64,000 nucleotides of DNA from Macrostomum lignano (lineage: Eukaryota): the NCBI GenBank assembly GCA_002269645.1, contig NIVC01000854.1, forward strand, positions 310,001 through 374,000, written 5' to 3'. Shown piece after piece: positions 22,001 through 36,000 of the stretch. The notes below the pieces were generated by a model. That model saw only the letters and a program-made list of their open reading frames with translations, ran no database searches and was not told the origin of the DNA. The translations under genes were made by a program, and so were the position numbers. Numbering within the stretch: position 1 is the stretch's first letter; every line of letters begins with the position of its first letter.

Positions 22001-25000
22001 CTTCTTTGCGGGTGATGCTGGGGTGCAGATTGCGCAGAAATATCGATTGAGTTTTATGCAGAGGCCGAGGCCGCCTAGGCAGTCTCAGCTCGCCCTGCTC
22101 ATCCTGCTCCTCTTCTTGCGCCTTTGAGCTGTCAATTTTTGGCTGCTTCGGCTCAGTGGACTGCGATTCCTCCGTCTTTGGCTGTTCTGCAGGCGACTCC
22201 AGCTTAGCAGATGAGGCCTCTGTCTTTGCAGCCTCATCGCCGGCAGCGTCGGGCTTGCCGCTGTCTGGTGCAGCAGCGGCAGCCGTGTCAGCTGGGGCGT
22301 CATCAGCTGAAGCCGCAGCAGAGTAGCCGCTAACTGGCAGATCGCCAGCAGCTGCTGTGGCTTCTTCAGCTTTGCCCCGATCTTTGGACTTGTTCTTGGT
22401 GGACTTTGCCTTGCGTTCTGTGGGCAATTGGCATGTTTTGGGTTTTCTGTTAGTGACAGACTTATTAGACTAATCTGGATTGCATCGTACTGACAGTAGG
22501 CATCTCAGTTTGGCTTGGAATCTGAGACAGGCTTATTAAAATCCCGAATTGAGAATCAATGACGTGACTCGAACTTCTCAATTTTGGGATCAAGGTTAAG
22601 CGACACAACTCCCCAAATTTTGGGATCAAGGTAAACCAACTCAAATTCCCAATTTTGGGATCAGGAAAAAGCGACCAACTTTTAGATTTGGGGATCAGGG
22701 AAAAACGACTTAGCTTCCAGATTTTGGGATCAAAGCGACTTACCGCCATTCTCGGCATCTGAATGGTCGGAATTGTCAGACGAAGATGAAGATGATGAGT
22801 CAGACGAGGAGCTGGACGAAGAGCTGGAGCTGGAGCTGCTGCCGGCGGACTTGTGACGCGATTTTTTCTTAGACGACTTGCCGCCCGCTTCGTCGTCGGC
22901 TTTGCCAGAATCGGGGACTGCTGCTGCTGCTGCTGCTTTAGCGGCCGCAGCACCAGAAGCAGAAGAGGCTGCGGGTTTAGCCTTGATTGGCGGCCTCTCA
23001 GCTTCGCCCTCTTCCGCGTCGTCTCCATCGCCATCGTCGGCGGCGTTGTCCGGCGGCGCGTCAAGTATTTCGAAGTCTTCGGCGCAGCCGCCCTCCAGCA
23101 GGATCACTAGAGAGTCCATGAACTTCACCAGCTCCTTGGCCTGGTCGATGTGCACCACGCGGTCATTCAACAGGCCCATAGACTGCAGCTCGTTGAATGC
23201 ACGCAGACGTTTGTTAACATTGTCCTGGCAGCGGCGAATATTCTCCTCGTAGAAGTCCGGATGGTATTTCTCCTTGAACCATTCCTCGGATTTGTGAGCG
23301 TCAAAGAATTCCGCCAGTTGACGACGAACGAATTCTTCTTTGTAGGCTCGGTACCTGGCAGACGGTGGCTTGATTCTATTAGTTACTATTCGGCATGATA
23401 GTTTATAGTTGACAGAGGATCAGTCTGTACGGGGTACGGGATTACAGCCTAGTTAACAGACAATACTACAGCTTAGTTGACAGACAAGATTACAGCCTAG
23501 AGGACAGACAAGACTACAGCCTAGTTGACAGTCAGGGTTACAGCCTAGTTGACAGTCAGGATTACAGCCTAGTTGACAGTCAGGATTACAGCCTAGTTGA
23601 CAGTCAGGATTACAGCCTAGTTGACGGACAGGATTACAGATTAGTTGACAGACAGGATTACAGCCTAGTTGACAGACAGGATTACAGCCTAGTTGACAGA
23701 CAAGACTACAGCCTAGTTGACAGACAGGATTACAGCTTAGTTGACAGACAGGATTACAGCCTAGTTGACAGAAAAGACTACAGCTTAGTTGACAGTCAGG
23801 ATTACAGCCTGGTTGACAGTCAGGATTACAGCCTAGTTGACAGTCAGGACTACAGCCTAGTTGACGGACAGGATTACAGATTAGTTGACAGACAATACTA
23901 CAGCTTAGTTGACAGTCAGGATTACAGCCTGGTTGACAGTCAGGATTACAGCCTAGTTGACAGTAAGGACTACAGCCTAGTTGACGGACAGGATTACAGA
24001 TTAGTTGAAAGACAGGATTACAGCCTAGTTGACAGACAGGATTACAGCCTAGTTGACAGACAAGACTACAGCCTAGTTGACAGACAGGATTACAACTTAG
24101 TTGACAGACAGGATTACAGCCTAGTTGACAGACAGGATTACAGCCTAGTTGACAGACAAGATTACAGCCTAGTTGACAGACAGGATTACAGCTTAGTTGA
24201 CAGACAGGATTACAGCCTAGTTGACAGACAAGACTACAGCCTAGTTGACAGACAAGACTACAGCCTAGTTGACAGACAGGATTACAACTTAGTTGACAGA
24301 CAGGATTACAGCCTAGTTGACAGACAGGATTACAGCCTAGTTGACAGACAAGATTACAGCCTAGTTGACAGACAGGATTACAGCTTAGTTGACAGACAGG
24401 ATTACAGTCTAGAGGACAGACAGGATTACAGCCTAGTTGACAGACAAGATTACAGCCTAGTTGACAGACAGGATTACAGTTTAGTTGACAGACAGGATTA
24501 CAGCTTAGTTGACAGACAGGATTACAGTCTAGAGGACAGACAGGATTACAGCCTAGTTGACAGACAGGATTACAGCTTAGTTGACAGACAGGATTACAGC
24601 CTAGTTGACAGACAAGATTACAGCCTAGTTGACAGACAGGATTACAGATTAGTTGACAGACAGGATCAGCCTTTAAATACAGTATAACAGCCTAGCTAAC
24701 AAGATAAGTAAACCATTACAAACCTATTTAGGGCCTCCTGCTCAGTGATGCCATCATCCTGCTCAAGTAGAAACTGTTTAAACGTCTTCAACACATTGGC
24801 ATTCGAAGAGCTAGAAGCGCCAGCCGAACCGTGCGGATGCTGCATGAGCGGCTGCATCATTGGCGGCTGTTGCTGCTGATGCGGAGGCGGTCCCATGCCA
24901 CCGGCTCCGTGCGGCGGCATCAAGGGCGGCGGAGGCGGCTGCGAGTCACGCGGATAATTGTAGCGACCGTGCGGCCCGCGACCACCGCCGGCGCCCCAGC

Positions 25001-25298
25001 CGTCGTCGCCGCCATGCGGCGGTGGACCAGGAGGGCCGTCGTCTCGGCGCTGTCGCTTGAACGGCGGGCCGCCACCGCCGCCGCCTTCGTAGCCGCCGCC
25101 CCTATCGTGATAATAGTAGTCCTGACGCGACGAGTGGTGGTAGTTCTGACGGCGGGGACCTCCGCCGTAGCCGCCAGAAGGCGAGGAGCGATCGGACTGC
25201 TGCCTGGACCGATTGCTGCCGCTGTCGAAGTCGCGTCGCTCCTGTTTGAACTTGTCGCGGGCCTTGCGCCGATCGTAGTCGTCGTCTGAGTCGGCCAT
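19084..25298 (-). CDS. SRRT: Serrate RNA effector homolog Ars2. Exons 25298-24724, 23354-22744, 22417-21853, 21296-20953, 20628-20234, 19638-19084; 1014 aa
   Basis: N-terminus [17 protein letters not shown]. Motifs [24 protein letters not shown]...[24 protein letters not shown], zinc finger [26 protein letters not shown] and C-terminal [10 protein letters not shown]. All introns are GT-AG, phase-matched and sum to 3045 nt. Confidence 0.97.
19745..20208. repeat. 30-bp minisatellite (ATGGGATTAGCAGCCTCACTATCGAACCCG), about 15 copies, SRRT intron 5
   Basis: Direct reading. Confidence 0.97.
20669..20915. repeat. 35-bp minisatellite (TGCATGATAGCACAGGTGACACACACAGAGATGGC), 7 copies, SRRT intron 4
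   Basis: Direct reading. Confidence 0.97.
21524..21736 (-). mobile_element. 5'-truncated SINE family 2 copy in SRRT intron 3
   Basis: Reverse complement of about 5170-5364, with a poly-T tail. Confidence 0.92.
22565..22740. repeat. Degenerate repeat with TTTTGGGATCA core, about 6 units, SRRT intron 2
   Basis: The core recurs at about 22583, 22618, 22653, 22686 and 22722. Confidence 0.7.
23440..24670. repeat. 24-bp minisatellite (TTGACAGACAGGATTACAGCCTAG), about 50 copies, SRRT intron 1
   Basis: Direct reading, with variant units. Confidence 0.97.
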
Positions 25299-28200
25299 GA
25301 GAAGCAGCGCGGAGGCAGTGGACTGCAGATCTGCAATGATGCAGTGGGGAGCCGCCAAGCCGGCTGGGAGAATTATTGATTCTGGCCAGGGAATAGGAGG
25401 CTTTAGTGTTTATAAATAGAACTGATTGGAGTTAAAAAAATTTGCTTTTAATTTTGCTTTTTTTATCAAAACTTAGTTGTCAAAAAATTATTACTAGTAA
25501 CATGCTGATAGTTTAGAAGCTTAAATTGTTAATTCAAAAACTATTTCGACTTGCAGCATGAAACAGAAAACAATGTTAATAACAAAACTAAAATTGAAGT
25601 TATAATAGAAAAATGCCTAAAAGCCTAAAATGTAGCACATGCATTTTAAACAAAAATTTTGATTTAACAATTTCTAGGCACTAATTCTAGTAATAAATAA
25701 CTTTTTACTCCTTTTGTTTAAATTCTACATATGATACATAATTAACCAACTAACTAGTCTACACTTCAAAAAATCGATTACACTTAAGGTTTTATAATTT
25801 AATGTACTGCATTTACATAATTGGATCAAGCAATTATTGTTTAATGCCATGAGTCATTAATGAGTCATAAATCTCATGCCTTGAGATTACAACTATTAAA
25901 GAAATCCTACACCATAAACTTCAGAGCTAACAATCTAGAAAAAAATTGGATAAATACTTGAATTTAAAACTTAATAAATGCCTAGTATAGTCTTAAGTAC
26001 AATAGTTGAAACTGTTGTGACAGCAAAATTAAGCTAAGCTAGTCAAATTTTGAGCTTTTAGTAACTCAAAAATAATCTTTGTACAAAACAAACATCAAGA
26101 TAAAGTGCACTATTTAGACATGTTTCTTTTACAAAATAAAAACATTATGAATCAATACTGTAATAAAGTTTCAATAATTATAAAAGATATACTTACATTG
26201 ACATTCTTGTGCAGTCCAAGATATGAAAATTTAGAACTACAAAAGCATTTTACTACTGATTTATCCATTAGCTCTTAATTTACCTTGAGCCATCTCTGAG
26301 AGCATGTGCAATATTCTTGCTTTTTATGTACATTTTATTAGGAATTGCAAAAAATTAATGGGAATCTAGAATCTATATGAACCAGATGAAACTTCAGGGC
26401 TTTTCCAAACACAATTAATCGATGTTTATGCAATAGCTGTGAGATAACCACTTTAGAATTACCAAGTTGCACTTAGTATAAATTTTATTAAATAAAAAGC
26501 AAGTGCCTACAAGGCAAAAAATATCTCAACTATGGTTTAACCTTCTGATTTAATTTGTTTCTTCCAAGCCAGTTTTATATTATGATGTGCAAAATATAAA
26601 TTTGTTTTGATGAAGTTATTATTTAATTTTTAATAGCAATTATTTATTGAAGTTTTCTTGCAAAAAAGATGACTTTTTAAAGGGGAAAAGCTGAAAATCA
26701 AAAAATAAATTTTTACTTCAAGATAAAAAATTAGAACACTTACATTAACAATCAGCTTTTCTAGTAGAAGGCAGGAGGCAGAAGCAGCAAAGGTTATTGT
26801 ACATTTCAATAAATTAAAAAAAATAAATAAACTAAAAAACTATCATTTAGTATAAAAAAGAAAGTTATACAACTTAGTAGAAAAAAATAAGACAAAGTCA
26901 AAGAATAACAATTTTAAATGAGAATAAATACATTTTAATTTACTAACTTTTTTAAAGGTTGCGGAAACTTAGCTATTTGTATATATACCAATAGTTAGAA
27001 TAAAGGCAAAAAATATTGCTCCAGTCTCTAACAGAGATGGAACAAATATTTGGTATTTGTATTCAGTATTTGGAAAATAGGTTATTTTTGTTATTTGTTG
27101 TTCTTGGATTTGTTTCAAATTTTTAACAAATATAAGAATAAAACAAGAGCAAGTGAAATATTTAAAATGAGCAAGTGTATGGGAAGCAATATTTTTATCA
27201 TAGTTCAAAGCTTAGATATGATAACACTTGGTTTGCTATCTACATGCAATGCAATATAGTACCTTTGGTTTCATGCCTGCTTGCTCCTCTACCCCCACTT
27301 TTATGTCTATCTGCTTGGCTAGCAAGATTTATCTGATTTGATAGCCTTTGCTATTGCATCATTATTGTGTCAAAGGCTATAGCCCAAAAGAAAATGTATT
27401 TTTGCAGTTTTAGCAAATCCTGAAATGTGGGAAAGATTTACTCAAGCTAGTATTCTTAAAGCTTAGCAGATTTTATACAGGTATGAATAATGTGTATGTA
27501 AGAATATATGTAATTAAGCAAACTGTATAGACACAGTCTTCCTCCAACATGCAAGTTATTCTTATAAGACTATTAGCACAAGACTATTTTGTGCTAATGC
27601 CTATTGATGCTAGGAGACTATAGTTAAAATTTAGCCTATTGAGCTTAGCACTTAGTCCAATAGGTGCAAGAAAGAGGCGCAAAAGTTCTGCATTGTTGAC
27701 TGCTTTGTGTCAAACTACCAACAAATCCAATTGGAGTTAATTTCTTACTGGCTGACAAAGAAATGTTGCTGTCTTTGGGATGCATTCAAATGGAAGATAT
27801 ACATGCACGAGTATATATAACAGTTTAGATAAAAAACAATTATTACATTTTTCTGCAAGAATCTTCTAGATAGGTATAAGAATTCTAACTTGAATGGCTA
27901 CTATGAAGAAAGCTAAAGTGTAATAGTTGTAGTGAGTTACTGTCAAGAGGCACAAACCTTAAAAAGTTAACAAACACAGCAATGAGCAAACATCTTGAAG
28001 CAAAGCACCTATAATTGGCTAAGAGTGTTTAAGATGGTGCGGCTACTGCCTGTGCCCAAAAGTGAGCTGCTGATGAGGCAGCTTCCTTCTCTGCCGCCAA
28101 GAGGCAGCGGGTGGCAGCAGTATTTTTTTGCAGCAAATTATTGAAAGCATGATGGAGTGCACAACAATGTGGGACATTAACAGTGACAGTTGCCATTTCA

Positions 28201-28371
28201 CAGTGCCAAAATCAAAGCTTCCTGTTTGTGCTTTATTGATTCTTTTAATTTTTCTCATCTTATCAATGACTTCATTTAGATGTAGCTTATTTAGATAACT
28301 TACAAAGCTTCATCACATACAATTATATTTTTTTCTTACTAGGCAAAGCTGTTGCCACCAATCATTTGCCA

Positions 28372-28560
28372 CATACATGTGCAACCCCCTTGATTTACAC
28401 TGGCCATTCCACTTACTTTTTGACCAAAAATGCAACTTACCTATAAAAGAAACCCTAAAGCAAAATAAATGCAGTTTTGGGTAAAAGGCAGGAGTAACTA
28501 TATGACTGTGATATCAGGCCTAAATGCCTTGGCATCTAATTAGTACTATGTCCATATTCT
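28372..28560 (+). repeat. Dispersed repeat with a diverged copy at about 33428-33570
   Basis: Both copies share ACATACATG.GCAACC.CCT.GATTTACACTGGCC ... GGGTAAA..GCAGGAGTAACTA. Confidence 0.65.
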
Positions 28561-30717
28561 TTGGGGTGGCATTTTTGCAACTTACCCTACCCCATGGTCT
28601 ACTACAATTTACAGTGGCCAGATTGGCCAGGAGTTAAACATATATGATCTGCCATTCAGTGCTTTAAGTAGCCCAGCTTGCTTGTTTTAATGTTTGCTAT
28701 TGTGATATTTGGTAATTGGTATTCATTATTTGGCAAATTTATATCCGAATATTCAGTATTTGGATTTGGTAAAAATCTAATATTTGTTCCATCTCTAGCC
28801 TTTACTCTCTTTTCTATATATTTGAGGCCTAAAAATAAGATTAACTATTTTAAATAAGATAGGCTTATAGACTTTGTTGACATGGCCATTATCTTCAATG
28901 TGAGATCCACAGTTTGGATTCTGTAGTAGTGTACATTGGAACAAGAATCCTATCTCAGCTAAATGTATGCCAGCGTATGCCAAAAACAAAAAAATTCCAT
29001 AAAATATATGCCAAAAATTCTTCCTAAAAAAGGTCATTTGGTTTTCACGAGTAGATATTATGAATATTTTCATTTTAAACAAACTTTAATTAAACCTACA
29101 AAAAAATGCAAAATTTACATTCTTAGCAATAATTTAGGCCTACAGAAGTTTTATTCATTGTAATTTTTAAAAAGCAAAAAGTTTATCATTGACTTTTTAC
29201 ATTATACAAATTTTCTTTTATTTTATATAAAAACTAAAAAGGTTAATTTACATTACAATTTTTATATATAACATGAATTTATTTACCAAAATTGGTATGC
29301 CAAAAATTTTCTTGAGCTGAAAGTGGTACACCAAAGTGGTATATCAAAATAGCCAAACTTTTCAATGGTAAGCCAGAAAATTCTGGCTTATAGAAAGTTA
29401 AACATAGCTACTATGTTTATAGGCCTAACTCTAATATTATAAACAAGGCAGCCTAGAAACAAAGCTACCATTTTAATAAGTGTGGTATAATATCTATTTT
29501 AGCTATTTTATAATTAGGCCTACAATGTCAATAATATTTTTTATTGATAGATAGGAAAAAAATCTAAAAATGGCATATTAATCTTTAGGGCATAAGAATT
29601 AATTGGAAAAATAATAAACAGATTAGATCTAGGCCCTAAAAAGAATGTAAGCTTTTAGGTAGGGTAGGCCTAGGCCTATATATGATCATGATATTAGGCC
29701 TAAGCTTAATTTAATAGACAATCAATGACAATATATAACAAAAACATTGAAAAATTAAATTAAATGAAGATGTTTTAATTTAAAATGCTACCCTAAAAAT
29801 GTTAGGCAAGTTATATATATACCTAGGCCTATTGGTTGGAATAAATTTGAAAATGTGTAAACATTAGGCCAGTAAGAACAAGCCACAAGGGTCCTGCAAA
29901 AATGTGATAAGGAATCACTCTCCAAGGTACATAGACTGCATCATAGTGTGTGCCAATGCCCAGGGACAGGAAGCCTTGCATCAATCAAGGACAATAAAGG
30001 ACCTTTTGGCATTGTGCCTTGTTCTAGGTCTTGTTGGAGGCTAGGGCCTAGTAGTGTAGACATAGTGGTGGCAATACCAACAAAACAACACAGCTAGGCC
30101 TACACAGAGCACGCCGATAATTTAGCCAACTTTTGACATTTAGGCCATTCTGTGCATGGCCTTTTTGATATGAATTACAAGCACTATGCGGCTAGGCCTA
30201 CGCCAAGTGTCGCACTGCGTTGCATGCTTGCACCACTCCACGTGCGTAGGCCTAATGAATGCTAAATGTATTTGAAACTAAGTTTAGGGCATTACGTTTA
30301 TGTTTCAAAAGGTCTACTAAAATATTATCATTATAACCTTAATATGTATAATTTGGTTTTGGTTATAATCTAACTATCTAAGTTAAAATGTCGAAGCACT
30401 CGCAACTGCGAAATAAGCTGAATGTCGTAAATTTAAATGTTTTTTATTTTAAAATGTATAATACAGATTGCTCAATTTAGAACGTAATCAAGTTTAACAA
30501 ACTTTAATCACATTTACAAAAAGTATTAAACGCAGTAGACTTGTTAAAATTATGTTTAACTTTTTGTACTTTTTTTCATGCATATAAATATACTACATTG
30601 TAGTTCTTTTGGATAATTATATTTTACGATTCCCAAAAACTGAGGACTGGCGTCTGATCTTATAAATACAATTACAGTATACATGCATATTAATTTGACT
30701 TGAGTAGTCCTCCTTGA

Positions 30718-30980
30718 CAGGGGCGGATTTAGGGGGTGTGCAGGGGGGAGGGGGCGGCCGCCCCAAAAATAGCTTGATAAAACATATTGCGCCCCCTAAA
30801 CTTGATTTTTCGCCTCCAAACGCCTTTTTGCCCCCCTAAGCTTGATTTTTTGCCCCTCCCCTACACGCATTTTTGCGCGCCCTAGCTTAAAAATTGGCGC
30901 CTCTTATACTCGTGTTGGCTCCCCAAACTTGCACCGCCCCCCCCCCCCCCCCCCCAAATGAAACTCTAGATCCGCCACTG
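30718..30980. mobile_element. GC-rich MITE with 15-bp TIRs (CAGGGGCGGATTTAG / CTAGATCCGCCACTG)
   Basis: TIRs match 13/15. The interior has GCCCCC repeats. No clear TSD. Confidence 0.75.
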
Positions 30981-33093
30981 GTGATCCTGGATATGAGTAT
31001 CAACTCCAAAAATGCTAATTTTTCAATTCCCACATTTTGATTTTTAGCCTAGGCCTACTTCAAGTTAGGCCTAGCGGAAACTGCAGCTTATTTCACAATT
31101 TACCTTTCCGCTGCAGATTCAGCATGTTACTGTGCTATTCTATTCTGATTCCGCTACAGCTAGATTCCACATTTTACCGGGTACCCTTTAATGTATATGG
31201 CCTAAGGCTAGGCCTATGCTATATAGGCCCAGCCTAAGCCCTAAATATGCGATTAGGGCAGACAAACTGGCATTAGACAAACGACCATCAACCGATATAC
31301 TTATAGCATAGCTCTAGGCCTAGGATATTATCTATATTTTTTATGTATTTGCCAGATTTTTTATTGAATATTATTATCATTTTTGCCTTGGCTAGGCCTA
31401 GGCCTAAAAAACCACAAACCAGGATAGAAAACTTTCAAAAAGATGCAATGCACTTTGCTATTAATTAGGCCTATCACTATCAGTATTAAGCTAAAAAATT
31501 AAAATGTGATGTATCACTATCAGTAGGCCTATGCAACAAAAATAGGCCTAAGGAACAAAATATGTACTTGTACAAAAATTAAATCAAAAGTGCAAATGTA
31601 GAATAATATAGGCCTAATAAGATAATTTTCACTCATAAAACAAAAATCTACCTGATACTTAATGTCTAAGATTTGTCAACATAGGCCTACTGAAAATGAG
31701 TTGTCTAGGCCCCTATTTATAGGTCTTAGGCCTATGTAGACCCTAGGCCCTAATTGATTTGGTGCATGACTAAGACTGCCACAACTATTACTGGCTAGCT
31801 TATTGGTATTGAAGGGGAACTACCAATCTTCTAGCATTGCTATTCCTCTCATAGGTTCCTCTCTAGTACCATTCATTGGCATTCAATAATATATTGAGCC
31901 AAATTTCTCCCCTAGCTCCTCAAATGTAGGCCTAGTGGTCTTGGTGTGTGGCGGTCTTGGTCCTACATCATTGATTTAAACAAAAATTGTACTAGTGTAC
32001 TAGTGTACTATTCTTCAAAAGTACACTATTTATTTGGAAATTTTCCTATAATAATATATGTTGCAACTAGGCCCCTTAAGTCTAAGAAACTGCTTAATGC
32101 TAAAAAGATTAAATATCAGAAGTTATGTTTTTGCAAAGGTCTAGTGGACTTTTTAACTTTAAATTTATTATAAAATGTTTGAAAAAAAAACTGACTGGTT
32201 AAATTCTAATTCTGATCAAAGTTGTATTAATTTTTACAATTACAACTAATTACTAAATTGTGAATCTGACTTGACATGCATTATAATATTGAAAATATAA
32301 TAATGCTATTAGTGTGGAAGCATAGAATAGGCATAATACTTGATTTTCATTGCATATCCATATTGTTAACTTTAATTGAGACTAATACTGCCAAAGAAAT
32401 TAATTATGTCATAATTGCTTTGTATAACTTTTATTTTAACTGAGTGTCTATGAGTATTGAATTATAAGTATTATAATTTATTTTATAAGTTCTAGGCCTA
32501 AGAGTGAGCCTAGATACAAATAGCCTGAGCTATTAATGCAGCAATCTAGGATTGAATCTTAGTTGCATAATTTTTTATTAAAAGTTTATATCATTACACT
32601 AGATAAGTAGGATTACTGCACTGCATGAGTAAATGATTTTTGCACTGGCTTAATAAGAGATTATTGTACTACATGAGAAAATATTATTGCACTTTGATAG
32701 GTAAAATATTATTGCACTAGAAGAGAAAATGATTATTGCACTAGATTAGAAAGGGATTATTGCACTATATGAACAAGGTAGATATAGATATTAGATATAG
32801 ATAGGCTATTATTGCTATGGATACAATAGATAGGCTATTATTGCTATGGATACAGATATGGGTAATGTTTAGTAATGGCAAAACTCTACTTTATAGTCTG
32901 TCCTTCTAAGCTATAACCTAAGTTATTGTGCCATGGTATGTCTTATGGCATATCAAATTCCATAAATCTGGACACTGTTGTCTAATTGGCACCCTGTGCT
33001 TTTAAGCTAAATGCCTTATTTTCAAGTTTTGCATTTCCAATGCTTTCGTACAATATTTTATTTGAAGTATCAACAATTTTTAAACTCAATCTC

Positions 33094-36000
33094 ATGGCGC
33101 GTCACCGCCTGCGAATTCGCGCCTATGAGGCCGCCGATCAGGTCAGTGTTGTCGCTCTCATGCGGCGGGCCATCCTATGGAGCTTCTTAGAATCTGCTCC
33201 CCGCCTGCTGGCCACTGACCAGGTTCGATTAGGCCTCACCTGTCTGATGGCCTGCGGCGCTGTGTCTCACAATTCTCTGGCTCTGGGCATCTGCTGGGAA
33301 CTACTGGCAGCGATTGTGCTGATGCTGCTGCTGCTAGTGTGCATCGCCTGCGGCTCCAGACTGTGCGATAGCGGCAGCGGCTGCCTTCCTGGTGAGCTGC
33401 CTGCTCAGTGTTGCTTTAACTTTTGTTAACATACATGCGCAACCTCCTGATTTACACTGGCCGTGTAACTTGCATATAAAAAACCTGAGCAAAAATTAAT
33501 GTTATTGTGGGTAAACAGCAGGAGTAACTATGACTGTATTTTTTGAGCTAAACGCCTTGTCAGCTAATTATCGTTGCGCATGTATGTTTTGTTTACTCTA
33601 CTTACTGTAAAAATGTGGCCAAATATCTGACTATTAGTTTTTTAGGCCTACAATAAGCCACACAAAGTGTTCATGGCAGGCCACATAAACAAGTTCTGTG
33701 TGAGCGGAATAGGCACCCTTAATTTCCTTCTTTCTGGCTCTGGGCGTATTCCAAAATATTCATTTAAATGAAGCATGATTAAGTTTTCTATTTTTTCAAT
33801 TTGTCAAGTTCCTGCATTTTTACTTTCAGTAATAACTGAATCTCACACACATGGAAGTTGAAAGTAAATTTCACTGCGTAAATTTTTTAATAGGTCAACT
33901 GAAATATTCTCTCAGACAGTGAAATTAGGGCCATCCTTAAGGAACCACGAACAGAAAGGATTCTTCAGGGAGGGGCGAGTCTTCAGGGACAAAGAGGGGA
34001 ATTTTTCAGAGAGGGGCGAGTCTTCAGGGACAGAGAGGAGGATCTTCAGGGAGGGGCGAGTTTTCAGGGACAGAGAGGGGAATTCTTCAGAGAGGAGCGA
34101 GTCTTCAGGGACAGAGAGGGGAATTCTTCAGAGAGGAGCGAGTCTTCAGGGACAGAGAGGAGGATCTTCAGGGAGGGGCGAGTTTTCAGGGACAGAGAGG
34201 GGAATTCTTCAGAGAGGAGCGAGTCTTCAGGGACAGAGAGGAGGATCTTCAGAGAGGAGCGAGTCTTCAGGGACAGAGAGGAGGATCTTCAGAGAGGAGC
34301 GAGTCTTCAGGGACAGAGAGGGGAATTCTTCAGAGAGGAGCGAGTCTTCAGGGACAGAGAGGAGGATCTTCAGAGAGGAGCGAGTCTTCAGGGACAGAGA
34401 GGGGAATTCTTCAGAGAGGAGCGAGTCTTCAGGGACAGAGAGGAGGATCTTCAGGGAGGGGCGAGTTTTCAGGGACAGAGAGGGGAATTCTTCAGAGAGG
34501 AGCGAGTCTTCAGGGACAGAGAGGAGGATCTTCAGGGAGGGGCGAGTTTTCAGGGACAGAGAGGAGGATCTTCAGAGAGGAGCGAGTCTTCAGGGACAGA
34601 GAGGGGAATTCTTCAGAGAGGAGCGAGTCTTCAGGGACAGAGAGGAGGATCTTCAGGGAGGGGCGAGTTTTCAGGGACAGAGAGGGGAATTCTTCAGAGA
34701 GGAGCGAGTCTTCAGGGACAGAGAGGAGGATCTTCAGGGAGGGGCGAGTCTTCAGGGACAGAGAGGGGAATTCTTCAGAGAGGAGCGAGTCTTCAGGGAC
34801 AGAGAGGAGGATCTTCAGGGAGGGGCGAGTTTTCAGGGACAGAGAGGGGAATCTTCAGGGAGGGGCGAGTTTTCAGGGACAGAGAGGAGGATCTTCAGGG
34901 AGGGGCGAGTCTTCAGGGACAGAGAGGAGGATCTTCAGGGTGGAGCGAGTCTTCAGGGACAGTCACAGAGAGGGGAATTCTTCAGAGAGGAGCGAGTCTT
35001 CAGGGACAGAGAGGGGAATTCTTCAGAGAGGAGCGAGTCTTCAGGGACAGAGAGGGGAATTCTTCAGGGAGGGGCGAGTCTTCAGGGACAGAGAGGGGAA
35101 TTCTTCAGAGAGAAGCGAGTCTTCAGGGACAGAGAAGAGGATCTTCAGGGAGGGGCGAGTTTTCAGGGACAGAGAGGAGGATCTTCAGGGTGGAGCGAGT
35201 CTTCAGGGACAGAGAGGAGGATCTTCAGGGTGGAGCGAGTCTTCAGGGACAGTCACAGAGAGGGGAATTCTTCAGAGAGGAGCGAGTCTTCAGGGACAGA
35301 GAGGGGAATTCTTCAGAGAGGAGCGAGTCTTCAGGGACAGAGAGGGGAATTCTTCAGAGAGGAGCGAGTCTTCAGGGACAGAGAGGAGGATCTTCAGGGA
35401 GGGGCGAGTCTTCAGGGACACAGAGGAGGATCTTCAGGGTGGAGCGAGTCCAGGGACACAGAGGGGGATTCTTCAGGGAGGGAGAAGCCGTTCCTCATGG
35501 AGGGGGAGTAAGGGGATTCTTCAGACTGGGAGAGGTTGAGCTAGTTGAGCTAGTCTCTTAACTTACAGTATCGCGTTGCACTTACCGCAGTAATTAAAGG
35601 CATTGACCTTCCCATAGTTGCAACTTCAGTCCCCGATATGTAGCGATAAATGAATTCTAAGCATATATATTTGTATATTTGACAGCCTCCTCCTGCCTGA
35701 GTCTGCTGCGCGCCGCCAGTCTCTCCGACAGCCGGCTGTGGGTGGCCGCCCTCAGCAGCAACGGCAACATTGTAGGCGTGCTGGCCCTTCGCCAGCTGCC
35801 TTCGCCGCCGTCTGCTCCGCCAGTTGACGCCGACAGCCAGCAGCAGCAGCAGCCGCCAGTCCTGGAGCTCACCCACCTGGTTGTCATGCGGTCGCTCCGG
35901 CGTCGAGGCGTCGGCTCGGCGCTGCTTCGCGCCGCCCTGCGACACGCCGTGCCGAGCGGCCGGATGCGGCTTGTCCGAGCCGTCTGCTCAGACCTGCAGG

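Noticed and set aside
28070-28105. CTGATGA-GGCAG...CTGCC hammerhead-like start
   Set aside because: The stem is followed by GCCA rather than GAAA, and there is no helix III.
33919-35561. 530-aa Arg/Glu/Gly-rich ORF and overlapping ORFs
   Set aside because: Pure satellite lying inside the well-supported NAT8-like intron, with no ATG start.
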